Positions 53,640-63,189 of a DNA stretch of 64,000 bases are shown here, in pieces. The stretch comes from a virus (Duplodnaviria > Caudoviricetes), in IMG/VR virus record IMGVR_UViG_3300035220_000425, positions 90-64,089 of that record; one strand, 5' to 3'. Within the stretch, counting starts at the first letter, position 1; the number at the start of each line of letters is the position of its first letter. The notes below the pieces were generated by a model. The model was not told where the DNA came from, ran no database searches, and saw only the letters and a program-made list of their open reading frames with translations. Position numbers and translations under genes: made by a program.

Positions 53640-53663
53640 AAGGGGTTGACCAACCCCTTTTTT
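53640..53663 (+). terminator. Intrinsic terminator
   Basis: AAGGGGTT-GACC-AACCCCTT plus T run. Confidence 0.7.
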
Positions 53664-53697
53664 CTTCTAAAATTATCTCAGCAGTTTTTTTTTCATT

Positions 53698-54486
53698 TTG
53701 AAAGGTCGGGACGCAGTCTCCTTTTGGTTAGAGAACGCTGGTAGATATCCTGTTTTACCGGTAGCCACAGTACTTCATCTTTCAAAGCAAATCCAGACTT
53801 TGGAAGAAGATGACCCTCGAAGGAAGAAGGCTATAGATAAGCTTATTAAGCACAATTTGAAGCTAATTCCTCAACAGGTCCGAAGGATCGTAAAGGCGAG
53901 GAAGTGCTACACCACTCCAGGAGCGACTCAAGAGGATTTATTGCAAGCTGGTGTCCTTGGGCTGCAAAAGGCCGCTGAAAAATATGATTACACCAGAGGC
54001 TACGCTTTTAGCACGTATGCCGTGAATTGGATCTATCAGCAAATCCAAAGGACTTCATACGCAAACCTGTCGATCGTAAGAGTGCCAGAGAACACTCTTA
54101 ACGAGTTTTATAGAGCTCATAACTCTCAAAATAAAGCTGACATCTCTTCCCTTTCAGAAAACGTGAAAAAGCGCTTCGACGACGCGAAGCTTGCCTTATT
54201 TGTTCGCTCTGCTGATCAGACGCAGCACAACCGATTGACTCATGAAAGCTATGACTGTCACTTGGGATCTTATTATGACGCTCCGCTACTTGATTCTGTC
54301 ACTGACATATTCAAGTTATGCCCTGCCTTGAGCACCCTTGAGAAGAAATTGGTCATAGGACGCGCCATTGAGGGCAAGGACTACAAGGAACTAGGTGCCA
54401 AATACAGCATTTCATCTCATTATGCTTCTAAATTAATCAGAGGCGCACTGCAAAGGCTGCGCCAGGCTATGAACCAGATAGACTGA
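53698..54486 (+). CDS. RpoD/group-2-like RNA polymerase sigma factor
   Basis: GRYPVL region 1.2; HNLKLI; DLLQAGVLGLQKAAEKYDYTRGYAFSTYAVNWIYQ. Confidence 0.9.
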   Translation: MKGRDAVSFWLENAGRYPVLPVATVLHLSKQIQTLEEDDPRRKKAIDKLIKHNLKLIPQQVRRIVKARKCYTTPGATQEDLLQAGVLGLQKAAEKYDYTRGYAFSTYAVNWIYQQIQRTSYANLSIVRVPENTLNEFYRAHNSQNKADISSLSENVKKRFDDAKLALFVRSADQTQHNRLTHESYDCHLGSYYDAPLLDSVTDIFKLCPALSTLEKKLVIGRAIEGKDYKELGAKYSISSHYASKLIRGALQRLRQAMNQID

Positions 54487-54510
54487 CAATGTTAAATATT
54501 TATTCTGACT

Positions 54511-54885
54511 ATGGCAGAAGTCTCCGCTTACGGTCGGGTTACTTGCAAAACAGGAGAAAAGGCTTATACGTTAAGAGAGGGCGAAAAATACTCGTTCTTA
54601 ACGTTCAGCCTCCTTGACTCTAAACCCACAAAAAACTTTTTCAAAGATCCAGACGACAATCCTGGTCAATTTTATCAGGTCGAAGTTACTGGGAAAAAGT
54701 ACTGTGCTTATCTCTCTGAGCAAATTGAGAAAGGTCGAATTGTAGCCATCACTGGACAGGCTGTCTGGTCTCGCTACAACGACAAAAAGTACCTGACGGT
54801 AAAAAACAGTCAAGTTACTTTTCTTGATTGGCACTTACTGAAAGCTGCTGAAGAGAGCAAAGCTGCCTCTGATGATCCATTTTAA
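54511..54885 (+). CDS. ssb: Single-stranded DNA-binding protein
   Basis: OB-fold pattern and acidic DDPF C-terminus. Confidence 0.85.
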   Translation: MAEVSAYGRVTCKTGEKAYTLREGEKYSFLTFSLLDSKPTKNFFKDPDDNPGQFYQVEVTGKKYCAYLSEQIEKGRIVAITGQAVWSRYNDKKYLTVKNSQVTFLDWHLLKAAEESKAASDDPF

Positions 54886-54927
54886 GTCCTCTTAAAAAGA
54901 GTTCTTGAATAGGTAGATTAATTAATC

Positions 54928-54954
54928 GAGGCAGAACACTGCCTCTTTTCTTTT
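54928..54954 (+). terminator. Intrinsic terminator
   Basis: GAGGCAG-AACA-CTGCCTC plus T-rich tail. Confidence 0.7.
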
Positions 54955-54960
54955 ACCTAT

Positions 54961-55440
54961 GTGAAAATGACACAAGTTCAACATGAATGGGATGAGTCTG
55001 AGATGCCAGTGGACATTCCCGGATGTGTTGGCGCTTTCGTTGATGAGATTCCGTTGGTAACTCACGCGATGCTAAGGCCATACGTCATCGCTATTTTGCT
55101 TCATCGTAAGGCTGTAAGGCTGTCTGAGATAATGGCAGCAGTTACTCCGCATTGCTCTTCTATTGACTTGAAGATAGGAGCGTGGGGGGAGTACGAAGAT
55201 ACTGAGCCTAACAAGACAAGGCTTGAAATCATTGCAGAAGAAGTTTTAGGTAAAATGGTTGCAAGTGGTTTGATCGTCTACAATAAGAGTCAAGACTTTT
55301 GGGTCTTAACCAGAGGAGAAAAAGATCAAAATTTAACCACTGTCATAAGCTGGGTTTCCAGCCTGGATGCACAACTCCCTGTCGAATTCTTTAGAAATGC
55401 CACTCAACAAAAGCGGAACAAACAAAAAAACTGCTCTTGA
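54961..55440 (+). CDS. Hypothetical protein (possible winged helix)
   Basis: 159 aa ORF. Confidence 0.6.
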   Translation: MKMTQVQHEWDESEMPVDIPGCVGAFVDEIPLVTHAMLRPYVIAILLHRKAVRLSEIMAAVTPHCSSIDLKIGAWGEYEDTEPNKTRLEIIAEEVLGKMVASGLIVYNKSQDFWVLTRGEKDQNLTTVISWVSSLDAQLPVEFFRNATQQKRNKQKNCS

Positions 55441-55639
55441 CAATGCCGCATGGATGAATCAGTCTCCTCATCCTCTGCCAATTTTTAGACGCGATCAGTC
55501 TGTAATGGTTTACAGAGGTGCCGGATGGTCAAAAGGAATTGTAGTTAACAGCGCTAGGCAGGGTTGCAGAGTTAAACTATCACAAGATCAGCGTACTATC
55601 ACTGTTTACGATGCAAGATCTATTAAGCCCGTCGGGTGA
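55367..55639 (+). CDS. Small SH3-like hypothetical protein
   Basis: VMVYRGAGWSKGIVV; start uncertain. Confidence 0.55.
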   Translation: MHNSLSNSLEMPLNKSGTNKKTALDNAAWMNQSPHPLPIFRRDQSVMVYRGAGWSKGIVVNSARQGCRVKLSQDQRTITVYDARSIKPVG

Positions 55640-56027
55640 CACAAAGGAAGAAATTGCTGAGGTTTGTGACTCTATCAAAGAGTTGCTTCTGAGTAAAAAC
55701 AATCAGTATGGGGACAGCGCTTTAGATCCTATTAGGCTGTTCAGCGAAGCTAATGTTATTGAGCAATTGAAAGTGCGTATTGACGACAAACTTAGCAGAA
55801 TCTCTCGAGGTGGTGGGTGTACTGAGCGAGAAGAGGATGTCATCAACGATTTGATTGGTTATTTAGTCTTGCTAAAAATAGCCTTCAACCGTGATCTTGG
55901 CTTCAGCAATGCCTACAGGGATATCGTCTCTCAAGACTCCGAGTCATCCTTGAGTTGCCCATCTAATGAGTATTGGCCAAGCGATCCTTGGACAAAGACT
56001 TTCGGTAGATACAGGTACTCAGACTAA
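55611..56027 (+). CDS. DUF1599/Nmad1-like nucleotide-modification-associated protein
   Basis: KNNQYGDS...RIDDKLSRI...DLIGYLVL. Confidence 0.75.
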   Translation: MQDLLSPSGDTKEEIAEVCDSIKELLLSKNNQYGDSALDPIRLFSEANVIEQLKVRIDDKLSRISRGGGCTEREEDVINDLIGYLVLLKIAFNRDLGFSNAYRDIVSQDSESSLSCPSNEYWPSDPWTKTFGRYRYSD

Positions 56028-56380
56028 TGGAATATCCTGAAATAATCCTTCCGCTTAGGCTGATGTCTAAGGCGAGGCCCCGTGTAACGTCAAGGGGAAC
56101 CTACATGCCTAAATCCTACCAGGACTGGAGGAAAGAATGTCGATCCTTATTGCTTGAGGTTTGGAGGTTTGATCCCATTGCCACTCCTATTGCTGTTGAG
56201 ATAGATTGTTTTGGGGCTGCCAGAGGAGACGTGGACAACTATATGGGAGCCTTGTTTGATACGGCCAATAAAATACTATGGGCAGACGACAGGTCTACTA
56301 TCATCCAGAAAGCCTCTATATCTTTTGAAAAACGCCCCCTATCAGAAAGTTTATGGAAGATAAGAATATTTGACCTATAG
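56027..56380 (+). CDS. rusA: RusA-like Holliday junction resolvase
   Basis: SKARPR and GDVDNYMGALFD...WADD. Confidence 0.85.
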   Translation: MEYPEIILPLRLMSKARPRVTSRGTYMPKSYQDWRKECRSLLLEVWRFDPIATPIAVEIDCFGAARGDVDNYMGALFDTANKILWADDRSTIIQKASISFEKRPLSESLWKIRIFDL

Positions 56381-57287
56381 ACTAGTTAGAGGTATTTCTA
56401 ACATGACTACTTTGCCGGCGGATGTCTCTTACTTTCAATCTGATTTTTCTTACAGGAAGGCTGAAGGGGAAAGTCAAACGCAATTAAAGTCGATCTTGCA
56501 TAGTCCTGCTCATTATCAAGCGGCTGCAAAGAGGTTCTTTAGACCGTCTTCAGCTATGATTATTGGTACTGCTACTCACTGCAAGGTTTTAGAAGGCGAC
56601 GACAAGTTCAATGCTGATTTTATTAAAAAACCTTCCAATATTAAGTACACCAACAAAGAAGGCCGTGAATGGAAGGATGAGCAAAAAGGCAAGACGGTCT
56701 TAAGTAATGATGGTTACCACAGAGAATGGGATTCTGTCCAAGGTATGTCGGAGTCACTCAGACAGTTGGATTGGTTTAATCCAGAGCAGGATTACTACAG
56801 AAAATACAATGAGGTTTCTATTTACTGGATGGATCAAGGAATCCCTTGTAAAGCTCGGCTAGATCGAGTAATCGTCACAGATACTCACGTTCATGTTATT
56901 GACCTGAAAACTACTGACTCTGTTTCGACTGACAAGTTTCAAAGCAAACTCGTAGACTTGGGTTACGATTTTCAGGCAGGCTGGTATACCTGGGCTGCAT
57001 CGTTAGCATTTGGGCTCCCGGCCACATTCACTTTCGTTGCTGTCGAAAGGCAAGAACCTTGGTTGGTAAAGGTTTTTGACACTTCTCAAGATATGCTATC
57101 GGAGGCTCGAAGGAAAAACAAGAAAGCTTTGAGCCTTTTGAGAGGTTGTCGACAGGCTAATAATTGGCCTAAAGGAGAGGTGACAAGACAAACATTGCAA
57201 TATCCTCGCTGGTATGCAATGACGCAAGACCCTGCTAGTATTGATGCAGCTAACATGACTGCCGATGAACTTGCCGGAGTACTCTGA
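56370..57287 (+). CDS. PD-(D/E)XK exonuclease, RecE/ExoVIII-like (likely start 56403)
   Basis: SPAHY, GTATH, CKARLD, IDLKTT, YDFQAGWY, FVAVE. Confidence 0.9.
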   Translation: MTYRLVRGISNMTTLPADVSYFQSDFSYRKAEGESQTQLKSILHSPAHYQAAAKRFFRPSSAMIIGTATHCKVLEGDDKFNADFIKKPSNIKYTNKEGREWKDEQKGKTVLSNDGYHREWDSVQGMSESLRQLDWFNPEQDYYRKYNEVSIYWMDQGIPCKARLDRVIVTDTHVHVIDLKTTDSVSTDKFQSKLVDLGYDFQAGWYTWAASLAFGLPATFTFVAVERQEPWLVKVFDTSQDMLSEARRKNKKALSLLRGCRQANNWPKGEVTRQTLQYPRWYAMTQDPASIDAANMTADELAGVL

Positions 57288-57963
57288 TCCGTGTGAATTT
57301 ATAACTGTAACGCCAAAAGCAGAGCAGCATATTGTCTACTGCGCCAGAGTAAGTAATCCAGCGAATCAAAGAAATGATTTAACGGCTCCGAAGCTTATCC
57401 GGTTTTTAATTAGACAAGGCCATTGGTCCCCCTTGGAGCAGTCCTTCATGACTGTCGAGGTAAATACAACGAGAGCCATTGCTCCTCAGATTCTTCGGCA
57501 TGATTTTCACTTTCAAGAGTTTTCGCAAAGGTATCAAGATGTCGGAGCGCTAGGAGCGCCTGTAATGCCTCAATTAAGAAAGCAAGGAAAGACGAACCGT
57601 CAGACGAGTACTGACGATCTTGATCTTGCTTTGGCTTCTCAATATAGAAGAAGAATTAGTGAGATTTTTGAAAACTCTATGCATTTGTATCAAGAGATGG
57701 TAAGTAACGGAGTAGCTACAGAATGTGCGAGAGGCATTTTGCCTTTAAATATTCGAAGCAGACTTTACATGACAGGCAGTGTACGGAATTTTATGTTTTA
57801 TATAATGGTACGTCGCAGAGAAGATACGCAATATGAGCACAGGATCATTGCAAACAGTATAGAAAATATTTTCAAAGAACAATTTCCGATTGTTTGGGAA
57901 GCGTGCGACAGCCTAGACTGGAATCTCAATATTGAGACAAAAAGCCCTACGGCAAAAATATAG
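57265..57963 (+). CDS. thyX: Flavin-dependent thymidylate synthase (atypical signature)
   Basis: YCARVSNP, GHWSPLE, QILRH, FQEFSQRY, ECARGILP, TQxEHR. Confidence 0.9.
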   Translation: MNLPEYSDPCEFITVTPKAEQHIVYCARVSNPANQRNDLTAPKLIRFLIRQGHWSPLEQSFMTVEVNTTRAIAPQILRHDFHFQEFSQRYQDVGALGAPVMPQLRKQGKTNRQTSTDDLDLALASQYRRRISEIFENSMHLYQEMVSNGVATECARGILPLNIRSRLYMTGSVRNFMFYIMVRRREDTQYEHRIIANSIENIFKEQFPIVWEACDSLDWNLNIETKSPTAKI

Positions 57964-57992
57964 GCATCCTATCGAGATTCAGTGATTGGATC

Positions 57993-58577
57993 TTGACTGG
58001 GCATCAGTACGATTTCAGGCGTGGTTACGAAATTACCACAAGATATGGCAAGCATGAGTCTGCCACGCAATACAAAGCGTTTCAAGAATACTTGAAGCTT
58101 GGATCTGAACGTACCTATGCCAAGGTCGCAGATTTTGCTCGTGTCGATAGCTCAACAGTCAGAGCGTGGGCTAAAAAGTTTAAGTGGGAAAAAAGAGCCG
58201 CGCAATATGACAAGGATCAAGTCAACATTGTCTGGAGTTCGGCGGATAGATCAAGAGAGAGAAAACATAGACAATCTATAGTCGAATTTAGGGATGCTTC
58301 AGAGAGGCAAGCTAAAATGATGATGGAAATTTCTGAAAATTTATTAGAGGTTCTAATCAAAAGAATATTAGAAGCGCAAGTCGAGGGGGAAGAAATACCA
58401 ATGAACTTAGTATCTGGGCTAATGAGGGCGGCTGCTAATATCTCTGAGCAGTCAAGGCAGGCATGGTCTAGTGCTCTAGGTGTGGAAGATATGTTGCAAA
58501 TCATAGAACCTGAGCTAGAAAAGGTTAAAATAGAAGAAGTTACTGACGAAGAAGATGTCATCCTCATCGATGAATAA
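57993..58577 (+). CDS. terS: Terminase small subunit (putative)
   Basis: ESxxxYxAF..Y..LG.ER HTH and W.W..RA..YD; upstream of TerL. Confidence 0.65.
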   Translation: MTGHQYDFRRGYEITTRYGKHESATQYKAFQEYLKLGSERTYAKVADFARVDSSTVRAWAKKFKWEKRAAQYDKDQVNIVWSSADRSRERKHRQSIVEFRDASERQAKMMMEISENLLEVLIKRILEAQVEGEEIPMNLVSGLMRAAANISEQSRQAWSSALGVEDMLQIIEPELEKVKIEEVTDEEDVILIDE

Positions 58578-58755
58578 CATGACCGACAAAAAATTCAGAA
58601 CGTATTTTGACGAGGAGAACGACACTCTTGTTATAGAGTGGGACGATGACCACCCCGATGCATCAATATTCTCAGAATGGTCAGAGGAAGATTGGATTCA
58701 AGCTATAAAAAACGGCAGTAAGACCTACCAGGAGAATCAAGACAATGGCGAATAA
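58555..58755 (+). CDS. Small acidic hypothetical protein
   Basis: IEWDDDHP...WSEEDW; lies between terS and terL. Confidence 0.6.
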   Translation: MSSSSMNNMTDKKFRTYFDEENDTLVIEWDDDHPDASIFSEWSEEDWIQAIKNGSKTYQENQDNGE

Positions 58756-60268
58756 GCTCGGAAAAGATTACCTCAGAAGAGCCGCTCAATCTCAAGGGAT
58801 GCTTAAGTCTCTTAGAGAAAAGAAGCTCCAGCAACTTGAAAAAGGTAAAAGGATTCTACTGCATAAATTTATAAAACAAGTTTATCCTAGCTACAAGTTT
58901 TACAAATTTCACGCTACCCTGATAAATGAACTGCAAAAAATAATAGACGGCGATTGTACTCGCTTAATATTACAAGTTCCCCCAAGAACTGGGAAGAGTT
59001 TACTGACCTCACAGCTTCTGCCAGCAGCTTATTTATTAGCTCATCCTGAACGTTTTGTGGGCATTACAAGCTATTCTGCTGAATTAAGCCAAGGATTCTC
59101 TCGCAAGGCTCGCGACTTTTACCGAGAAGCGGGCGGACAGTTAGATCCTAACTCCCAAGCCGTCAACGCCTGGTCAACGCAAGGTAACGGTGGATTATGG
59201 GCGGCTGGCGTTGGTGGCGCTATAACTGGGCGCTCAGGACATCTTTTGATCATTGATGATGCTGTCAAAAACAGGGACGAAGCCCAATCTCCAAGGTTAA
59301 TGGAAAAACTATGGGATTGGTATGCTTCTACTCTTTATACAAGACTTGAACCAGAATGTTCAGCTATTTGTGTGATCCAAACTAGGTGGTCAGAAAATGA
59401 CATGATCGGTCAGTTGTTAGATAATGAGATGAATGTAAGCGAAAAGGGTCGAGAAAATTGGACAATTGTTGACTTGCCAGCTTTATCTGAAACGAGAGAC
59501 AATAGACCCCCACTGCCAGAGCATTGTGCGATCATTCAAGACTGGAGGGAAGAAGAAGGAAAGGCTGTCTGTCCTCAAAGATATGACGAATCCGATTACG
59601 AGAGGATAAGAGAAGCTATTGGTCCAAGGGAATTCGCCTCGCTTTACCAGCAGCGGCCCGCGCCGATAGGAGGCAACTTATTTAACCCAGAATGGTGGCA
59701 ATACTACGAGCACGATACAATTATGCCAGAATTTGATAGGACACTTCTATCTATTGACTGTACTTTTACTGATGCGAGCACAAGTGATTACGTCGTAGGC
59801 ACCGTAGTAGCACAAGCGGGCGCGTCTTTTTATGTACTAGATCTTTTCAGGGAAAAAGTTGACGTAATTGGAACCATGGCAATGATTTCTAGGATGTATA
59901 ATAGACATTACCTTGATGGTACTGTCATTGAATTAGCTGCTAGTGGCTTTGCTGTATATCAGATAGCAAAAAAGAAAGTTCCAGGATTGATAGGCTTCAA
60001 GCCAGAAAGGAGCAAAGAAGCCAGAGCTACTGGAATTGTTCCAGTTGTAGAAGCTGGAAACGTGTTCTTACCAGCTAGCGCTCCATGGCTGGATTCTTTC
60101 ATCTCTGAGTTTAGTCTTTTTCCTGCTTCTAAAAACGATGACCAAGTCGACTCATTAGTCATGGCTATAAACTATTGTATGCAGCGTGTCGCTCCACAAT
60201 TGACTCAAGTTACTTGGGGAAGAGGCACTAGGCCCATGCAAGATGTTAATTTTTTTGAATCATGGTGA
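58745..60268 (+). CDS. terL: Terminase large subunit
   Basis: PPRTGKS Walker A, LLIIDD Walker B, QTRW, YQQRP, DDQVD nuclease motif. Confidence 0.95.
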   Translation: MANKLGKDYLRRAAQSQGMLKSLREKKLQQLEKGKRILLHKFIKQVYPSYKFYKFHATLINELQKIIDGDCTRLILQVPPRTGKSLLTSQLLPAAYLLAHPERFVGITSYSAELSQGFSRKARDFYREAGGQLDPNSQAVNAWSTQGNGGLWAAGVGGAITGRSGHLLIIDDAVKNRDEAQSPRLMEKLWDWYASTLYTRLEPECSAICVIQTRWSENDMIGQLLDNEMNVSEKGRENWTIVDLPALSETRDNRPPLPEHCAIIQDWREEEGKAVCPQRYDESDYERIREAIGPREFASLYQQRPAPIGGNLFNPEWWQYYEHDTIMPEFDRTLLSIDCTFTDASTSDYVVGTVVAQAGASFYVLDLFREKVDVIGTMAMISRMYNRHYLDGTVIELAASGFAVYQIAKKKVPGLIGFKPERSKEARATGIVPVVEAGNVFLPASAPWLDSFISEFSLFPASKNDDQVDSLVMAINYCMQRVAPQLTQVTWGRGTRPMQDVNFFESW

Positions 60269-60295
60269 TAGACTTTAGGTAAAGCTTCAGTAGAA

Positions 60296-60925
60296 ATGGC
60301 AAGAAAAGCTAAGTCATTCAGGCTTAATGAAGTACAGCAGCGGCTAGCTTCAGATAATATAAATCTAGCCAGGAGAGAAGCTTGGCGATTGCAAAGAACT
60401 ACAGAAATTGACTATGATACTTTAGAAGGTGCAGCTTTGGAAGGTTTATGCAAGGCCGCATATAGATACGATGCTTCGTCGGGGTATAAATTTAGCAGTC
60501 TTGCCGTTCCTACAATAAGAGGTGAATTGCTTCATTATATAAGAGATCGCACTTATTCAATGAAACTAACTCATAGAATGCGCGAAACCTGGATAAAAGG
60601 AAGGCGTCTTATTTATAAAGGATTTACTGACACTGAGATAGCAATAGCTTTAGAGATAGACCAGCAAGATTGGCAGGAAATAAAAAGCGTTTGTTCTGGA
60701 CCTCCATTAGAACTGACAGATCAAGCAAAATCAAGAGAAGAACTGGAACCAGATGAAATTGATTTTTATCTAACCTTTAAGGAGATAGCCGAGCAGTCCT
60801 GGGACCGCTTAAAGGAAGAGGACCAATCGGCTATCTTGAAATATTATGAAGGCGCCTCGTCGAAGCCTCCTCATGGTTGCCTACAAAGGTTATTTGAATT
60901 AGCCTATGAGAGCGATCTTTTTTAG
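60296..60925 (+). CDS. SigB/F/G-type alternative sigma factor
   Basis: NINLA...EGLCKAAYRYD...KFSSLAVPTIRGELLHYIRD. Confidence 0.9.
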   Translation: MARKAKSFRLNEVQQRLASDNINLARREAWRLQRTTEIDYDTLEGAALEGLCKAAYRYDASSGYKFSSLAVPTIRGELLHYIRDRTYSMKLTHRMRETWIKGRRLIYKGFTDTEIAIALEIDQQDWQEIKSVCSGPPLELTDQAKSREELEPDEIDFYLTFKEIAEQSWDRLKEEDQSAILKYYEGASSKPPHGCLQRLFELAYESDLF

Positions 60926-60927
60926 CC

Positions 60928-62487
60928 TTGGCAATTTCAGATGAAAGTCTTGAGGCTATTAAGGAGCTAAAAATATCTTCTGTCTTAGAGAATCAAGGTA
61001 TTCGGCTAAAAAGAGTTGGCAGAGAATTTGTTACTCAATGCTGCTGGCATTCAGACACTAACCCTTCATTGACGATTTCTGATGACAAAGGATTCCTCTT
61101 TTGTCATGTATGCCGGGAAGGAGGAGATGTAATTAAATTTTTTATGAAAAAATATGGTCTTAGCTTCAGAGACGCTTGTGAGAAAATAGCCGGACAGAAC
61201 AATTTGTACCTTAATTTCAAGGAAGAAGACCCCGAAAAAGCTGCTGAAAGGAAAAAGTTAATTGCGAACGCTCTTTCTCAGACGACGCGACAACAGTCCT
61301 TATATAGATCTAGTCTAAAAGGGTCTACTGTTGCGATTGATTTTATAAAAGACCGTAAGATATTGCCTGAGACTTCTCGTTTGTTCGGGTTAGGCTTCGA
61401 TCGTAATCAGAACAGGATTACGATACCGATTCAAAACCGCCATGGCGATATTGTTGGGTTTACTGCCCGCTCTATTGGTGAAGAAAAACCAAAATACAAA
61501 AACACGGCTAACAATGAAATATTTACTAAATCAGATCTTGTCTTTAATGAGTTCAACGCGACTGAAAGCATCCGAGAGTTGGACTATTGTATTTTTGTAG
61601 AAGGACATTTTGATGTTATCTCTATGCGTCAGGCTGGTTTTGCAAATTGCGTAGCAATACAAGGGACAGCGTCTCCTTCTGATCAAGTAATTGAAAGGCT
61701 TAGCAGGAAATCTAATAAATTTATCCTTTGTATGGATGCAGACGCTGGAGGGGTCAAAGCTGTCGGCTTATTCTTGCAATCTATTCAAAAAAAAGCACTG
61801 CGTGGTGATTTGGATGTAAAAATAGCTGTTCTTCAGGGTTGTAAAGATCCTGATGAAGCAATAAAGCTAGGGCTAGATATGCACAACGTTATTTCTAATG
61901 CATCTCCATGGATCGACTGGATTCTAGATCAATGGCTCGGATCTTTAGATTTTTCAGACCAATCAAAATTGCAAGATGTGGAGAAAAAAATAAAGGCTTT
62001 GCTATCTCAGATAAGTAGTGCGGCGTTAAGAACTCATTATTTTGACAAGTGTGCAATTGCCTTGGCACAAAATCGCCAGAATGTGGCAGCACAAATACTT
62101 AAAAACTTTTTATCTGGGACAAAGTTACAAAGCAAAAGCAGTGTATGGCATAAACCTGAAAAAGGATGGACCAGGCAGGAAGCGGAAAAGAAATTGCTCA
62201 GACTTTACATTCACCATAATGATTTAAGGCAGCTACTTAGACCTATGATGGAGTTTTTAATAGTCCCTGACATGATATGGCTATGGAACCGCATTCTTGA
62301 ACTTGAGTCTCATTATACTATTGGGTTTACCAAAGAATCATTGATGGCAATTTTAGCAGTAGCAGAGCCTATCTATATGCAAAAACTTCGTCCGATAACT
62401 GTGCCAACTATTTCAATTAGTTCATCATTATCTGTAGTGATGCATATAGAAGATGTCATGTTTAGCCAATCTGCTTTGAACGCTTAA
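60928..62487 (+). CDS. dnaG: DnaG-type DNA primase
   Basis: CHC2 Zn finger CCWH...CHVC, PKYKN, VEGHFD, MDADAGG, KDPD. Confidence 0.95.
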   Translation: MAISDESLEAIKELKISSVLENQGIRLKRVGREFVTQCCWHSDTNPSLTISDDKGFLFCHVCREGGDVIKFFMKKYGLSFRDACEKIAGQNNLYLNFKEEDPEKAAERKKLIANALSQTTRQQSLYRSSLKGSTVAIDFIKDRKILPETSRLFGLGFDRNQNRITIPIQNRHGDIVGFTARSIGEEKPKYKNTANNEIFTKSDLVFNEFNATESIRELDYCIFVEGHFDVISMRQAGFANCVAIQGTASPSDQVIERLSRKSNKFILCMDADAGGVKAVGLFLQSIQKKALRGDLDVKIAVLQGCKDPDEAIKLGLDMHNVISNASPWIDWILDQWLGSLDFSDQSKLQDVEKKIKALLSQISSAALRTHYFDKCAIALAQNRQNVAAQILKNFLSGTKLQSKSSVWHKPEKGWTRQEAEKKLLRLYIHHNDLRQLLRPMMEFLIVPDMIWLWNRILELESHYTIGFTKESLMAILAVAEPIYMQKLRPITVPTISISSSLSVVMHIEDVMFSQSALNA

Positions 62488-62516
62488 GGCATCCTACTTC
62501 GGATCTTAAATTTTTC

Positions 62517-62738
62517 ATGTCAAGTATAGAATGGCTGTCTTTTTTGATACTTTCATACATTTTCTTTCAAGAGGAACTCGAAATAGGCTTGTCAATTTTA
62601 GTCCTGCGCTTGTTTGTTCTTTGTGCTAATACATACCTTTTGATTCGTTCGTATCTAATTTATCGTAAGCTAAAGAAAGGGATTGAAGCTAACGGGCTTC
62701 AGGTTCCTCCATTTAGGTTCACCTCAATTGACAAGTAA
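62517..62738 (+). CDS. Small membrane protein
   Basis: Hydrophobic; late motif GGCATCCTAC at 62488. Confidence 0.6.
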   Translation: MSSIEWLSFLILSYIFFQEELEIGLSILVLRLFVLCANTYLLIRSYLIYRKLKKGIEANGLQVPPFRFTSIDK

Positions 62739-62743
62739 CTCCA

Positions 62744-62893
62744 ATGTTCTCTGCTAACAAGGTTGAATTCACTCCAAGCACCCCAAAAAGAACCCGTATT
62801 GGATCAGGGAGACTTGTCCGTCACGCAAAACCTCAAGGTAGGACTAACAGAAGCTCGCCTAAAAAGCCATACAGAGGCCAGGGGCGGAGATGA
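62744..62893 (+). CDS. 49-aa basic protein ending YRGQGRR
   Basis: MFSANKVEFTPSTPKRTRIG...KKPYRGQGRR; ATGA coupling to next gene. Confidence 0.75.
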   Translation: MFSANKVEFTPSTPKRTRIGSGRLVRHAKPQGRTNRSSPKKPYRGQGRR

Positions 62894-63189
62894 ATGCTTA
62901 CGTTCTTCCAACAAATATTATCTACGAAACTTGGCTACGCTTAGAAGAAAACGATTTAGCCTCCGCAGCTTTCTTCCTTTGGTCGTTTCGTAACGACCAG
63001 CCTGAAGACTGGACTGAAGTTAAAGTTTTTCTATTAAAAGAGTCCAACGGACATAAGGAACTTTTTTTAATGGCAAACTTACTAGGAATTGCAGAGAAAG
63101 ATGACCTATCGGCCTCTTATCACCTAGTTCCTGGTCTTTCCTCCTTATATAAACGTATTCAAACGGCAAATCAAGATGACGAACCTTAA
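62890..63189 (+). CDS. Hypothetical protein
   Basis: 99 aa coupled ORF. Confidence 0.6.
   Translation: MNAYVLPTNIIYETWLRLEENDLASAAFFLWSFRNDQPEDWTEVKVFLLKESNGHKELFLMANLLGIAEKDDLSASYHLVPGLSSLYKRIQTANQDDEP

Noticed and set aside
62763-62993. 76-aa ORF from the track
   Set aside because: Shadow of the coupled 62744..62893 and 62890..63189 ORFs
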